64,000 bases of DNA. Origin: an uncultured Flavobacteriaceae bacterium. Lineage in GTDB: Bacteria > Bacteroidota > Bacteroidia > Flavobacteriales > Flavobacteriaceae. The notes below the pieces were generated by a model, which saw only the letters and a program-made list of their open reading frames with translations, had not been told where the DNA came from and made no database searches. Within the stretch, counting starts at the first letter, position 1. Every line of letters begins with the position of its first letter. The stretch is from NCBI GenBank assembly GCA_964014735.1, contig CAXHBH010000001.1, forward strand, positions 51,588 to 115,587. The letters are read 5' to 3'. Positions 38,101 to 48,255 of this stretch are shown in pieces. The position numbers were made by a program, and so were the translations under genes.

Positions 38101-38487
38101 TGTCAATACTTGTTCTGAAAGTGCTTCAGGATATGTAATGATGAGTTGCCGTGTAGTATTCTTGATTTTTAGAAGCACTTCTGATCTTAACAACACATTG
38201 GCATTTTCCGTTTCTTCAGTCACGTAGGGGCGTCGGTAACTTGTAGGAAAAAAAATGGGCGCTTCGTTAAGTAAAACCTCCAAGTCGTTTAGAAAATACG
38301 CTGCTTCTTCTTTATCATTGAGCACCCAAATCAAGGTGCCGTTGTGTTGTTTGTATAGCGATCTGACTAAAAAGCTTTGTTTAGATCCAATAAGACCAGA
38401 AGCCAATACGCTACCGTGGTCTGAAGCACTTTGGTATACAGCCCTAAATTGTGGATTGTTTTGATACAGAACGGGGAGTTCGTTCAC
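35173..38487 (-). CDS. mfd: transcription-repair coupling factor
   Basis: ORF 35173..38487, 1104 aa. It has helicase motifs GDVGFGKTEVA, VVDEEQKFGV, TATPIPRTL and HGQL...QMRGRVGRS, plus a UvrB-like N-terminus. Confidence 0.95.
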   Translation of the reverse strand: MNELPVLYQNNPQFRAVYQSASDHGSVLASGLIGSKQSFLVRSLYKQHNGTLIWVLNDKEEAAYFLNDLEVLLNEAPIFFPTSYRRPYVTEETENANVLLRSEVLLKIKNTTRQLIITYPEALSEQVLTPKELQRKTLAIKKGDKLSIDFVNETLFEFGFKRVDFVSEPGEFAVRGGILDVHSYSHEEPFRIEFFGDEIDTIRSFDVSSQRSTQALIAVQILANIEQKKINEKRQSLLSFIEKGSLICLQNMDTIQSSLDHLYANAEKSYVALSGQIKRLQPEALLVDGKQFEYDLAVHKQVHFTSKTKENVVVFECQPQPRFQRRFDWFVNQLNENTEKQLINHVFCASDAQKKRLVQIVEELTPETSFHCWVAPLFQGFIDIDENIVCYTDHQLFERYHRFRLKNGYAKKQALSLKALTELEVGDYVTHIDHGIGTFGGLQRIDVEGKTQDAIKLFYGDRDILYVSIHSLHKISKYNGKDGAAPKIYKLGSGAWKKIKQKTKKRVKEIAFNLIKVYAKRRINKGFASGPDTYLQHELEASFVFEDTPDQRTATEAVKQDMEDQKPMDRLVCGDVGFGKTEVAIRAAFKAVDNGKQVAVLVPTTILAFQHYNTFKNRLKDFPVTVDYLNRFRSTKQKKEVLEGIDNGTIDILIGTHQLVGKSVSFKDLGLLVVDEEQKFGVGVKEKLRALKEHMDVLTLTATPIPRTLQFSLMAARDLSVINTPPPNRHPIESQVLSWNEIQIRDAVIYELQRGGQVFFVHNRIENIKEVSGAIQRLVPDARIATAHGQLQGNTLEKLMLGFIAGDFDVLVATTIIESGLDVPNANTIFINNANNFGLSDLHQMRGRVGRSNKKAFCYFITPPFSVLTPYARKRMEAISQYTALGSGFQIAMKDLEIRGAGDLLGGEQSGFINDIGFETYQKILKGAIEELQQNEFKALYPGEEPKPKELVLDTDVEVFFPTDYINNVKERMVQYQALSALKTEDELTAFGDALKDRFGNLPEPTLALFESVRFKWLGESLGFEKIVLKKHKCICTFEASPESDFYQTTAFQHLLSKVGNLGKAQIKEKKSMEKHKLVLVISEVKSLENAIQLLKTLQMPTVA

Positions 38488-38619
38488 GACTGCTTTTTAG
38501 CAAAAATACAAAGTAGTTGGCGTGTATGACTAAAGAACGTTATTTTTTAAACAAATTTATTCTTTGCTGTGAGTTAATAACACCTCAATATTATTTAGAG
38601 TTATTACATTTGCCACCCA

Positions 38620-39117
38620 ATGGATAATCTAATAATACGTAAAGCCACCCAAAACGATGTGCCATTAATACTTGGACTGATTGAAGAGCTGGCATCATTT
38701 GAACGCGAACCAGATGCTGTAGCAGTAACAGAACCGGAACTTTTACAGGATGGTTTTGGTGAAAGCCCATCGTTTAGTTGCTTTGTCGCTACTATTGAAA
38801 GTAAAGTAGTAGGCATGGCCTTATTTTATCCTTGTTATTCTACTTGGAAAGGCAAGTCATGGCATTTGGAAGATTTGATTGTAACTGAACCTTACAGAAG
38901 AAAAGGAATAGGATTTGCGCTGTTAAAGAAATTTATCTTTTTCGCCCATAATACGGGAGTGCGTCGAATCCAATGGGTGGTATTGGATTGGAATACCCCC
39001 GCCATTAATTTTTATGAAAAACATGGAGCAAAAGCGCTGTCTGACTGGAATATAACACAAATGACAGCCGGAGCAATGCAAAAATTTATAGCAGAACAAG
39101 ACGATGCGTGTATTTAA
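38620..39117 (+). CDS. GNAT family N-acetyltransferase
   Basis: ORF 38620..39117. It has the acetyl-CoA motif YRRKGIGFALLKK. Confidence 0.85.
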   Translation: MDNLIIRKATQNDVPLILGLIEELASFEREPDAVAVTEPELLQDGFGESPSFSCFVATIESKVVGMALFYPCYSTWKGKSWHLEDLIVTEPYRRKGIGFALLKKFIFFAHNTGVRRIQWVVLDWNTPAINFYEKHGAKALSDWNITQMTAGAMQKFIAEQDDACI

Positions 39118-40354
39118 ATTTGGAGGAGCATCTGTAAAAGATGCAGAAGGTGTAATTAATGTGGTAAAGGTACTTACCGAAATAGGAAATAAAGACACAC
39201 TAATTGTTGTTTCCGCAATGGGGAAGTCTACCAATGCTTTTGAGGGAGTTGTAGACGCTTATTTTAAAGCTCCTGACTCTTGCAAAGCGGCTTTGCAAGA
39301 CTTGGAAATATTTCATCAAGATATTGTGAAGAAACTATTTAAAGATTCAAATGGTCCAGTTGCAAAACGGGTGAAAAATTTGTGCGCTCAGTGCGAAACT
39401 TTTTTGATCAATAACCGATCACCACATAGGGCTTTTGTATATGATCAAGTGGTGAGTTTTGGCGAGCTATTATCAACATCAATTATTTGTGCTTATTTGA
39501 ATCATGTAGGTATTGCTGCTAAATGGATTGACGCACGGAGCTGTATAAAAACCGACAACTTTTATCGTAGCGCACACCTCAATTGGGAGCAAACCCAATC
39601 GGCCATTCAAGATCAAATTCAGGGGAATGTACTAAAAGTCACACAAGGATTTATTGGCTCTGATGAAAACAACTTCACCACCACTTTGGGCAGAGAAGGT
39701 TCGGATTACTCGGCTGCTATTTTTGCTTATTGTATGGGGGCAATAGACGTGACAATTTGGAAAGACGTAGATGGTGTTTTGAATGCCGACCCACGAGTTT
39801 TTGACAAAACTCAATTGCTTGAGCACATGTCATATCAAGAGGCCATTGAGCTTGCTTTTTATGGCGCATCTGTCATTCACCCCAAAACCTTACAGCCACT
39901 TCAAAAAAAAGAAATCCCTCTATATGTAAAGTCTTTTTTAAACCCAAAGCAAAACGGCACAAAAGTAGGTAAAGGCGTGCGCATGCAACCTGAAGTTCCT
40001 TGTTATATTGTCAAGAGAAGTTTGTCTTTGTTGCGCCTATCGACAAGGGATTTCTCTTTTGTGGTTGAAGATAATATCAGCGATATTTTTAAGCTTTTAC
40101 ATGAGCATAAGATGTCGGTAGATGTAATTCAAAATTCTGCCATCAGTTTTTCTGTTTGCGTACAGGACAAGTATAATAATATGGACGACTTATTGCTTTC
40201 ATTACGATCTCGTTTTGATGTAAAACATACACCGGATGTTTCTCTTTATACAATTCGTCATTTTGAGGAAAACTCCGCCGCCTCTATATTAAAATCAAAA
40301 GAGCCTATTCTAGAGCAGCGTACTGCAACCACCCTTCAATTGGTTTTAAAATAA
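39104..40354 (+). CDS. lysC: aspartate kinase
   Basis: ORF 39104..40354. It has the N-terminal VFKFGGASVKD, LGREGSDYSAA, and C-terminal ACT repeats. Confidence 0.9.
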   Translation: MRVFKFGGASVKDAEGVINVVKVLTEIGNKDTLIVVSAMGKSTNAFEGVVDAYFKAPDSCKAALQDLEIFHQDIVKKLFKDSNGPVAKRVKNLCAQCETFLINNRSPHRAFVYDQVVSFGELLSTSIICAYLNHVGIAAKWIDARSCIKTDNFYRSAHLNWEQTQSAIQDQIQGNVLKVTQGFIGSDENNFTTTLGREGSDYSAAIFAYCMGAIDVTIWKDVDGVLNADPRVFDKTQLLEHMSYQEAIELAFYGASVIHPKTLQPLQKKEIPLYVKSFLNPKQNGTKVGKGVRMQPEVPCYIVKRSLSLLRLSTRDFSFVVEDNISDIFKLLHEHKMSVDVIQNSAISFSVCVQDKYNNMDDLLLSLRSRFDVKHTPDVSLYTIRHFEENSAASILKSKEPILEQRTATTLQLVLK

Positions 40355-40379
40355 CTATATTTCGGTAGTACCTATCCCA

Positions 40380-42188
40380 ATGCCACTTGTATACCCAAAA
40401 GATATAGCACTAGCCCTTGGCCTTTCTAAAATTGGATTTCTAGGTCGCTCTATTGGTTCTATTGTAATGTGGTTTTTACGACTTCACAAAATCAACACTA
40501 TTTATGACTGTTGTGTTGCAAATGGGGACGGAACACATTTCACCTCATCTCTTCTTTCCCAATTTGGGGCCAATTATCACATTAGCCCTACGGAATTGAA
40601 GCGGATTCCTAAACACGGACCTGTTGTACTTGTTTCTAATCACCCTTTAGGTGGATTGGACGGCATCATACTTATACATTTTTTACAAGACGTACGCCCA
40701 GATTTTAAATTGATGGCAAACTTCATATTGGACCGGGCCACCTTACTTAAGAGTTGGTTTATAGGTGTAAATCCATTTGATGACACCTTGACTTCAAAAT
40801 CAAGTATAGGTGGATTTAGAAAGGTATTACGTCATCTTGATAATGGTGGTCTTTTCGCGGTTTTCCCTGCAGGGGAAGTAGCATCCCAATTAAAAAAACA
40901 GGTGCCAATTGACTCAGTTTGGAATGCGGCAATTATGCGTTTAATCCAACGTGCTAAAGTCCCAGTTGTGCCTGTTTATTTTCATGCTCGAAATAGCCCA
41001 TTTTTTTATCGATTGGCAAAGATTCACCCCCTGTTTCGAACCGCAAGGCTTCCTGCCGAATTACTTACACAACGCCACAGAAAAATAAATATTCGCGTAG
41101 GCAAGTCGATTGCCGTAAAAGACCAGGACAATCATCAATCCATTAATGATTATACGGATTTTGTAAGACGTAAGCTATATATGCTTTCCAATATTTATGA
41201 GCGCAAGTCTATTCTCAAACGCGTACCAACTCCAATAAAGCGAAAAAATAATAAAGCGATGCCCATTGCCCAAGCTGTGCCAACGTCACTGCAAGAGCAT
41301 GAAATAATCAATCTTAAAAACGAGGGTAAGTCATTGCTTATGTTAAAAGACTATGAGTTGTTTTTGACTTCTTCAGACTTGATACCAAATATATTAACAG
41401 AAATTGGTCGTAAACGCGAGATTGCTTTTAGAGCTATTGGTGAAGGCACCAACAAACCACTTGATCTGGATCATTTCGACAACAGCTACCTGCATCTATT
41501 TTTATGGGATCATAAAGCCTATGCCTTGGTTGGTGCCTATAGACTGGGATTGGGTAAACAGTTGATGAACGCACATGGCATTTCAGGATTTTATTTGGCT
41601 GAACTATTTAAGTTTGAACCTGAAATAATGTATATGTTCAATAACAGTATAGAACTTGGCAGGGCCTTTGTCTGCCAAAAATACCAACAACGTCCTATGC
41701 CACTTTTCTTACTATGGAAGGGCATTATTCACGCTACCTTGCGTTATCCAGAATATGATTATTTAATGGGTAGTGTTAGCATCAGTAACCAGTTTTCAAA
41801 GTTCACCAAATCGCTTATGATTGAGTTTATGCGTTCGCATTATTACGACCCTTACTTGGCACAATACATAACTCCAAAAAAGGAATTTAAAGTTAAGCTC
41901 GACGATGCGGATAAAGAGTTTGTCTTTGGTGAGACATTAGGCGACCTTAATAAGTTTGATAAATTAATTGATGAGTTAGAACCTGGCACTTTAAGATTAC
42001 CAGTGCTTATTAAAAAGTATATTAAACAAAATGCTCGTGTTGTCTCTTTTAACTCAGACCCTCTTTTCAATAACGCCATAGATAGCTTAATGTATATCAA
42101 AATTAAAGACATCCCCTCAAGTACAGTTAAGCCAGTTCTCGAAGAATTTCAGGCTTCACTGGAACAAATAACTTACAACAGCAAATAA
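40380..42188 (+). CDS. bifunctional acyltransferase: N-terminal lysophospholipid acyltransferase + C-terminal GNAT-like N-acyltransferase (OlsF-like aminolipid synthase candidate)
   Basis: ORF 40380..42188. It has LVSNHPLGGLDG and FPAGEV (LPLAT blocks). The C-terminal half resembles OlsB/hemolysin-type N-acyltransferases (LGRAFV...LLWKGI). Confidence 0.6.
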   Translation: MPLVYPKDIALALGLSKIGFLGRSIGSIVMWFLRLHKINTIYDCCVANGDGTHFTSSLLSQFGANYHISPTELKRIPKHGPVVLVSNHPLGGLDGIILIHFLQDVRPDFKLMANFILDRATLLKSWFIGVNPFDDTLTSKSSIGGFRKVLRHLDNGGLFAVFPAGEVASQLKKQVPIDSVWNAAIMRLIQRAKVPVVPVYFHARNSPFFYRLAKIHPLFRTARLPAELLTQRHRKINIRVGKSIAVKDQDNHQSINDYTDFVRRKLYMLSNIYERKSILKRVPTPIKRKNNKAMPIAQAVPTSLQEHEIINLKNEGKSLLMLKDYELFLTSSDLIPNILTEIGRKREIAFRAIGEGTNKPLDLDHFDNSYLHLFLWDHKAYALVGAYRLGLGKQLMNAHGISGFYLAELFKFEPEIMYMFNNSIELGRAFVCQKYQQRPMPLFLLWKGIIHATLRYPEYDYLMGSVSISNQFSKFTKSLMIEFMRSHYYDPYLAQYITPKKEFKVKLDDADKEFVFGETLGDLNKFDKLIDELEPGTLRLPVLIKKYIKQNARVVSFNSDPLFNNAIDSLMYIKIKDIPSSTVKPVLEEFQASLEQITYNSK

Positions 42189-42598
42189 GAGTCGACGAAG
42201 TTTTTACAAAAAGCTTTTATTTCTTCTCTTGTTTTAGCAAAAGCTGCGTTAATTTCGTTCTCGTTTTCCGAAATAAGCTTAGAAGGATCTGTAAAATTTC
42301 GATGCCATCGTTGTGCTTTTTCACTAGGGATATGTGGGCAGTTTTCTTGAGCATGATCACAAACTGTTATGATGTGATCGAAAGATATTCCCGAATATTC
42401 GTCTACGTTGTTAGATGTGTTTTGACTTATGTCAATTCCAGCATCTTGCATGATGCTAACCGCTCTTGGGTTTAAGCCATGGGTTTCGATACCTGCACTA
42501 TATACCGAAACGCTTTGACCGCCAAAAAACTGCATATATCCGTGTGCCATTTGGCTTCGACACGAATTTCCAGTACAAAGAATTAAAATTTTTTTCAT
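42173..42598 (-). CDS. arsC: arsenate reductase (thioredoxin-coupled, LMW-PTP fold)
   Basis: ORF 42173..42655, trimmed to MKKILILCTGNSCRSQMA (CX5R P-loop). The second Cys pair is in ITVCDHAQENCP. Confidence 0.8.
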   Translation of the reverse strand: MKKILILCTGNSCRSQMAHGYMQFFGGQSVSVYSAGIETHGLNPRAVSIMQDAGIDISQNTSNNVDEYSGISFDHIITVCDHAQENCPHIPSEKAQRWHRNFTDPSKLISENENEINAAFAKTREEIKAFCKNFVDSYLLL

Positions 42599-42638
42599 AA
42601 TAAACAAAGTAACATCTCTTGAAACAATAAAATGTTTT

Positions 42639-43601
42639 TTAAAGTTTAAATTCACTTAAAAAATGACCCGTATCCATCAATTGCTTGATTTTGGATAGAA
42701 TTACTTTGCTTAGGCGTAGGTGGCTTTGATTTGTCCATCCTGCAACGTGAGGAGAAAGAATAACCCGGTTGCTTTCTTTCAAAAACTGCCAATCATCAGA
42801 TTGCTCAACATTTAAATCAAAAGCTGCGGTCTCAAAATCGAGTACATCTAAGCAAGCTCCTTTGACTTTACTGGATTTTAACCCATTGACAAGGTCTTCA
42901 ATAACCACTTGATTGCCTCGGGCAGTATTTATTAACCAAAATGACTTTTTCATTTTGTCGATAAATAAATGATCTACGTATTGATGCGTACTTTCATTTA
43001 ACGGGAGGTGAATACTAATTACATCTACTTGTTTATAAATTGTTTCAAGCGGCACTTGCTTGGCATATTGATCACCTATATTATTCAACATGTCATGGCA
43101 TAAAACTTGTACATCAAAACCAGCTATTTTACGTGCAAACTGTTTGCCAGTATGTCCATAGCCTATGATACCTATTGTTTTTCCCCCTAATTCTTCACCG
43201 CGATTTGCTTCCCTGCACCACTTGCCAATGCGCACTTCTTTATTGCCTTGTGGTAATTTATTCATCAAACCTAATAGCATACCAAGGGCATGTTCGCCTA
43301 CCGATGGGCTATTGCCTTCAGGGGCAGCCAATACAGCAATACCCATTGTCTTTGCTGCTTTCACGTCAATGTTTTCTAGTCCTGAACCTACACGGGCAAT
43401 AAACTTCAATTTTTTGGCTTTCTGTAAAAATGGCTTATCAATGGGAAACCGACTTCTGATCACTAAGCCATAATATTGCGAAATATCTTGCGTGATGATT
43501 TCTTTTGAAGATTGGGTATCCACAACATTTTCAAATCCCAAAACTACCAATTGCTCTTCAAGAAAGGGGTGATTGTTGTCTAGGTGTAAAATGCGCATCA
43601 T
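42639..43601 (-). CDS. D-isomer-specific 2-hydroxyacid dehydrogenase (phosphoglycerate dehydrogenase-like)
   Basis: ORF 42639..43601. It has the NAD motif IGIIGYGHTGKQFARK and the catalytic region NTARG...SPHVAG. Confidence 0.85.
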   Translation of the reverse strand: MMRILHLDNNHPFLEEQLVVLGFENVVDTQSSKEIITQDISQYYGLVIRSRFPIDKPFLQKAKKLKFIARVGSGLENIDVKAAKTMGIAVLAAPEGNSPSVGEHALGMLLGLMNKLPQGNKEVRIGKWCREANRGEELGGKTIGIIGYGHTGKQFARKIAGFDVQVLCHDMLNNIGDQYAKQVPLETIYKQVDVISIHLPLNESTHQYVDHLFIDKMKKSFWLINTARGNQVVIEDLVNGLKSSKVKGACLDVLDFETAAFDLNVEQSDDWQFLKESNRVILSPHVAGWTNQSHLRLSKVILSKIKQLMDTGHFLSEFKL

Positions 43602-43602
43602 G

Positions 43603-44961
43603 CTAAAAGCCTAAAATGACCTTGGCAATGTAGAAAAAAAGGAAAATGCCAAAAATGTCGTTGCTTGTGGTTATAAAAGGCCCAGTGGCTATGGCTGGGT
43701 CAATATTGTTACGGTCTAAAATGATGGGCACAAAGGTTCCTATAAGCGCAGAGACCACAATCACACACAACATTGACAAGGCAATTGTAAGGCTCACAGA
43801 TATTTCAAGGCCAGTAAAATGCCCAAATATCAACAAGAGTGCACTTAAGGCAATTCCATTGATAAGGCTGAGTCCCACTTCTTTAATTAATCGATTAAAT
43901 AGGCTTCCTTTGACAATATCATTCGCCAAACCCTGCACAATAATGGCCGAGGACTGTACACCTACATTTCCAGCCATTGCGGCGATTAGTGGGGTAAAAA
44001 AGAATAGCGTTTTGTATGATGGGTGTTGCATTACTTGTTCAAAGCCCTCTAGAATAAATACACTCCCCAATCCACCAATTAGTCCTAAAATCAGCCATGG
44101 CAAACGTGCCCTTGTAAGTTCTACAATGCTATCATCAGCTTCTACATCAGAGGCAATACCAGCTGCCAATTGGTAGTCTTTGTCTGCTTCTTCTTTAATA
44201 AAATCCACAATATCATCAATAGTAATTCTGCCAAGTAATTTTTTTTCGTCATCTACTACTGGAACTGCTTCCAAATCATATTTAGCCATAAGCTTGGCTA
44301 CTTCTTCACCCTGTTCGTTTATATTGACAAAATCAACCTTGGGAATATATACGCTTTTGATTTTGGCTTTATCTTTTGCGGTAAGCAAGTCTTTTAGCGA
44401 TAGACGACCTATCAGTATATTTTCATCATCAACTACATAAATGGAATGTACCCTTTTGACTTCTGAAGCCTGTGTTCGCATCTCGCGCATACACTTGGTA
44501 ACCGTCCAATTTTCATTGACCTTAACCAATTCTTTTGCCATCAATCCACCTGCAGAATCTTCGTCATAGGTAAGCAGTTCTTGAATATCTTGAACCCGTT
44601 CTTCGTCTTCTATTTGCGCAATTACTTCTGCTTGTCGCTCTTCTGGTAGTTCGGCAATCAAATCAACCGCATCATCGGTATCCAGCTCTTCTACTTCTTC
44701 AGCAATTTCCTTAACGGAAAGCAACTCAAGGATAGACTCTCGAATATCTTCGTCTACTTCTGTTAATACATCGGAAGTTTTCTCAGAGTCGAGCAGTTTA
44801 ATTAGATAAATACCTTCATCAATGGATAGTTCGTCAACTATTTCCGCTAAATCAGCGTAGTGGTATTCACTAGCGCGTTTTTTTAATGCCTTTGCATTGC
44901 GTTGCTCAATGTCACTTTTGAATTGCGATAGGATTTCGTCATTGAGTTGAAAGGGTGTCAT
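43603..44961 (-). CDS. mgtE: magnesium transporter MgtE
   Basis: ORF 43603..44961. It has an acidic N-domain, a CBS pair and a C-terminal TM domain with [14 protein letters not shown]. Confidence 0.9.
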   Translation of the reverse strand: MTPFQLNDEILSQFKSDIEQRNAKALKKRASEYHYADLAEIVDELSIDEGIYLIKLLDSEKTSDVLTEVDEDIRESILELLSVKEIAEEVEELDTDDAVDLIAELPEERQAEVIAQIEDEERVQDIQELLTYDEDSAGGLMAKELVKVNENWTVTKCMREMRTQASEVKRVHSIYVVDDENILIGRLSLKDLLTAKDKAKIKSVYIPKVDFVNINEQGEEVAKLMAKYDLEAVPVVDDEKKLLGRITIDDIVDFIKEEADKDYQLAAGIASDVEADDSIVELTRARLPWLILGLIGGLGSVFILEGFEQVMQHPSYKTLFFFTPLIAAMAGNVGVQSSAIIVQGLANDIVKGSLFNRLIKEVGLSLINGIALSALLLIFGHFTGLEISVSLTIALSMLCVIVVSALIGTFVPIILDRNNIDPAIATGPFITTSNDIFGIFLFFYIAKVILGF

Positions 44962-45721
44962 CAGCTATTTTTTGTGTCAACAGTATAAACTCCGATACAC
45001 CCAAGCGCTCTGGGCGTTCATCAAAGATACTATCTTCTTTTAAACTAGCCGAAAGCCCAAAGGATTTTAGGCTATTACGCAAGGTTTTTCGTCTTTGTTG
45101 AAAGGCTGTTTTTACAACTCTAAAAAAGAGTTTATCGTCACAGGGCAATTTGTAATCTGCTTTACGTTTCAAACGAATAACTGCAGAAGCTACTTTTGGA
45201 GGTGGATCAAATACAAATCTTGAGACATTAAACAGGTATTCTGTTTCAAAGAATGCCTGCGTTAACACTGATAAAATGCCATAGGCTTTACTACCTGCTT
45301 TTTCACAGATACGCGCTGCAACTTCTTTTTGAAACATACCAGCAAATTCGGGTACCATTTTTCGCTGTTCAATAATCCGAAATAAAATTTGACTGGATAT
45401 ATTATATGGAAAGTTTCCTATGATGGCTACTTGCGCATCAAAATGATCAGCAAATACCATTTTTAAAAAATTACCCTCCAAGATACGGCCTTTCAATTGG
45501 GTAAAATGAGATTTGAGGTAGTCAACAGACTCGGTATCAATTTCAATTACGTATGTATCAAACGGTTTTTCCAATAGGTATTGGGTAAGTACTCCCATAC
45601 CTGGACCAACTTCTAGTACATGCTTATAACCCGTTCCGGATAGGGTATTGGCGATATTTTGCGCAATGTTTAGGTCGGTTAAAAAGTGCTGTCCGAGGTG
45701 TTTTTTTGGGCGAACACTCAT
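44939..45721 (-). CDS. rsmA: 16S rRNA (adenine1518/1519-N6)-dimethyltransferase
   Basis: ORF 44939..45721. It has [21 protein letters not shown] and GNFPYNISS. Confidence 0.9.
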   Translation of the reverse strand: MSVRPKKHLGQHFLTDLNIAQNIANTLSGTGYKHVLEVGPGMGVLTQYLLEKPFDTYVIEIDTESVDYLKSHFTQLKGRILEGNFLKMVFADHFDAQVAIIGNFPYNISSQILFRIIEQRKMVPEFAGMFQKEVAARICEKAGSKAYGILSVLTQAFFETEYLFNVSRFVFDPPPKVASAVIRLKRKADYKLPCDDKLFFRVVKTAFQQRRKTLRNSLKSFGLSASLKEDSIFDERPERLGVSEFILLTQKIADDTLSTQ

Positions 45722-46035
45722 GCGTATGACTTCAAAAACTCCAAACGACTGGCAAAAGCCACCCAGTCTTGAGGGAAAACACGATATAGTTTTTGCAGTA
45801 CCAGTTGATGCCCTAATTCTTTAACCCAACGCATATGCTCGCGATCTGCACAATAGAATTGCATACTAAAAGTGGTTCCTTTAATGGGCTCCACACCATC
45901 CACAAATTCAACACGCAACAAGTCTATTTGTTGTACGTTTTTGGCAACTTCTGGCAGCAACTCTTTATCAACGTATGTTGCCCAATCTTTTTCAATATTA
46001 GGCTCAACAATAAAAGTGATGTTGTAAATCCGCAT
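45718..46035 (-). CDS. DUF4286-like small protein
   Basis: ORF 45718..46095, trimmed to [12 protein letters not shown]. It occupies the conserved position between serS and rsmA. The family call is from memory only. Confidence 0.5.
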   Translation of the reverse strand: MRIYNITFIVEPNIEKDWATYVDKELLPEVAKNVQQIDLLRVEFVDGVEPIKGTTFSMQFYCADREHMRWVKELGHQLVLQKLYRVFPQDWVAFASRLEFLKSYA

Positions 46036-46036
46036 A

Positions 46037-47308
46037 TTAGTTAATGATGTCAAACCCCGTATAGGGTACAAGTGCTTTTGGTATGTGTATGCCATCGGAT
46101 TTTTGATGGTTTTCCAGTACTCCTGCTACAATACGTGGTAGCGCTAGTGCACTTCCGTTGAGTGTATGCGCCAGTTGTTTTTTTCCGTCTTTGGCTTTAA
46201 AGCGTAGTTTTAATCTGTTGGCCTGAAAGGATTCAAAATTAGAAACGGAACTCACCTCGAGCCAGCGATTTTGTGCAGTAGAAAAAACTTCAAAATCATA
46301 TGTTAAAGCTGAGGTAAACCCAAGATCACCGCCGCACAGCCGAAGTATACGGTAAGGTAAATCTAAGGAAGATAAAAGCTTTCCTACATGAGTTACCATC
46401 TCGTCTAATGTAGCGTAAGATTGATCTGGATGCGCTATGCGCACCACTTCAACTTTGTCAAACTGGTGTAAGCGATTAAGACCACGAACATGTGCGCCAT
46501 AACTACCTGCTTCACGTCTAAAACAAGGGGTGTAGGCTGTTAGTTTAACAGGAAATTCGTCTTCTTGAATCAGGCTATCACGGAATAGGTTTGTGACAGG
46601 TACTTCTGCAGTTGGTATAAGGTATAAATCATCTTCTGTGACATGATACATTTGACCTTCTTTATCTGGTAATTGTCCGGTTCCTAACCCAGATGCTTGG
46701 TTTACTAAATGGGGAACTTGTACCTCAGTGTAGCCAGCAGCGGTATTAAAATCTAAGAAATAATTAATGAGTGCTCGTTGTAGCTTGGCGCCCTTACCAG
46801 TGTAAACAGGAAATCCAGCACCCGTGATTTTTGCGCCCAACTCAAAGTCTATGAGCTTGTATTTTTTAGCTAATTCCCAATGCGGTAACGCATTATCGTC
46901 TAAGGCTGGGATGCTTCCCTTTCGAAAAACTTCTTCATTGTCTTCATCAGAACTACCACTTGGAACACTTTGGTGTGGAATATTAGGTAGTTGATATAGG
47001 ACTTCTTGTAACTGGACAGAGACATCTTGAAGCTTATCTTGAAGTTCTTTTGAGCTTGTCTTTAAGGCAGCCGATTCTTCTTTTTTGGCTGCGGCTTGTT
47101 CTCCAGCTCCTTGTTTTAACAGCTGTCCTATTTCTTTGGCAATGGTATTTGCTTCTGCTAGGGTTTGGTCAAGCTTTGCTTGGGTAGAACGACGTTCTTC
47201 GTCCAAGGACAGAAGGGCTTTTAACTGAGGCGCTGCATCGATATTGCGTTTTTGCATAGCAGCCACCACTTGGTCAAAATGTTCACGAACGTGTGCAGGA
47301 ATCAGCAT
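46037..47308 (-). CDS. serS: serine--tRNA ligase
   Basis: ORF 46037..47308. It has an N-terminal coiled coil and class II motifs FRREAGS, GLNRLHQFDKVE and NGSALA.PR. Confidence 0.95.
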   Translation of the reverse strand: MLIPAHVREHFDQVVAAMQKRNIDAAPQLKALLSLDEERRSTQAKLDQTLAEANTIAKEIGQLLKQGAGEQAAAKKEESAALKTSSKELQDKLQDVSVQLQEVLYQLPNIPHQSVPSGSSDEDNEEVFRKGSIPALDDNALPHWELAKKYKLIDFELGAKITGAGFPVYTGKGAKLQRALINYFLDFNTAAGYTEVQVPHLVNQASGLGTGQLPDKEGQMYHVTEDDLYLIPTAEVPVTNLFRDSLIQEDEFPVKLTAYTPCFRREAGSYGAHVRGLNRLHQFDKVEVVRIAHPDQSYATLDEMVTHVGKLLSSLDLPYRILRLCGGDLGFTSALTYDFEVFSTAQNRWLEVSSVSNFESFQANRLKLRFKAKDGKKQLAHTLNGSALALPRIVAGVLENHQKSDGIHIPKALVPYTGFDIIN

Positions 47309-47319
47309 AATCGTATTTT

Positions 47320-48255
47320 TTACAAAGGTAAAGTTTTGTAATCAGTAAGAATAAAATCCTTGTCTTTTTCCAATTGTTCTTGTAAGTCTGCCATACAATC
47401 AAACTTTACTTCGTCTCTAACACGGTCCAATAAAGCCACTTGAAGATTTTGACCATATAAGTCACCAGACCAGTTTATTATATGTATCTCTATGCTCTGT
47501 TGTTGACCGTTTAATGTTGGATTTGTACCAATATTCATCATGCTCAGATACCATATATTATCTACATTAACTTGTGCTGCGTAAACCCCTTTTTTAGGGA
47601 TTATTTTATCTAGGTGACTTATAAAGATATTTGCTGTTGGGAATCCAATAGTTCTTCCTTTTTCTTGCCCTTTAACAACTGCTCCGGAAAGTGTAAATGG
47701 ATGGCCCAAATAGGCGTTTGCAGTTGCAATGTAACCATCTGATAAAGCCGCTCTAATTTTGGTTGAACTGATGGAAATATTATCCAACTGCTGGGCACTG
47801 ATCTGTGTGACGCCAAAATCATAAATATTGCCTAAATGTTCTAGATCATCCACATCTGCAGCTCTGTTTTTTCCAAATCGGTGATTGTGGCCAATAACAA
47901 TTTCTTTGGTGTTAAGCATGTCTATTAATATGGTTTCAACGTATGCCGCAGCACTCAACTGTGAAAAACTTTTGGTAAATGGATGCACTACTACATGGTC
48001 TAAACCAAGCCGTTCCAATGTTGCAGCACGTTCTTTTAATGTTTGAATGAGCAGCATTGGTGTATTGGGCTGAAGTACTTTTCTAGGATGAGGATCGAAG
48101 GTCAATAATATTGCAGCATGACCTGATTTTTTTGCCCTTTCCACCACTTTTATTATGATTTCTTGATGTCCTAAGTGTACTCCGTCAAAAGTACCGACAG
48201 TAACAATGGTTTTTTTGGATGTTGAAAACGTGGCGCTATCTCTGATTATGCTCAT
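47320..48255 (-). CDS. ribF: bifunctional riboflavin kinase / FAD synthetase
   Basis: ORF 47320..48255. It has VGTFDGVHLGHQ and GFPTANI...GTNPT. Confidence 0.9.
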   Translation of the reverse strand: MSIIRDSATFSTSKKTIVTVGTFDGVHLGHQEIIIKVVERAKKSGHAAILLTFDPHPRKVLQPNTPMLLIQTLKERAATLERLGLDHVVVHPFTKSFSQLSAAAYVETILIDMLNTKEIVIGHNHRFGKNRAADVDDLEHLGNIYDFGVTQISAQQLDNISISSTKIRAALSDGYIATANAYLGHPFTLSGAVVKGQEKGRTIGFPTANIFISHLDKIIPKKGVYAAQVNVDNIWYLSMMNIGTNPTLNGQQQSIEIHIINWSGDLYGQNLQVALLDRVRDEVKFDCMADLQEQLEKDKDFILTDYKTLPL

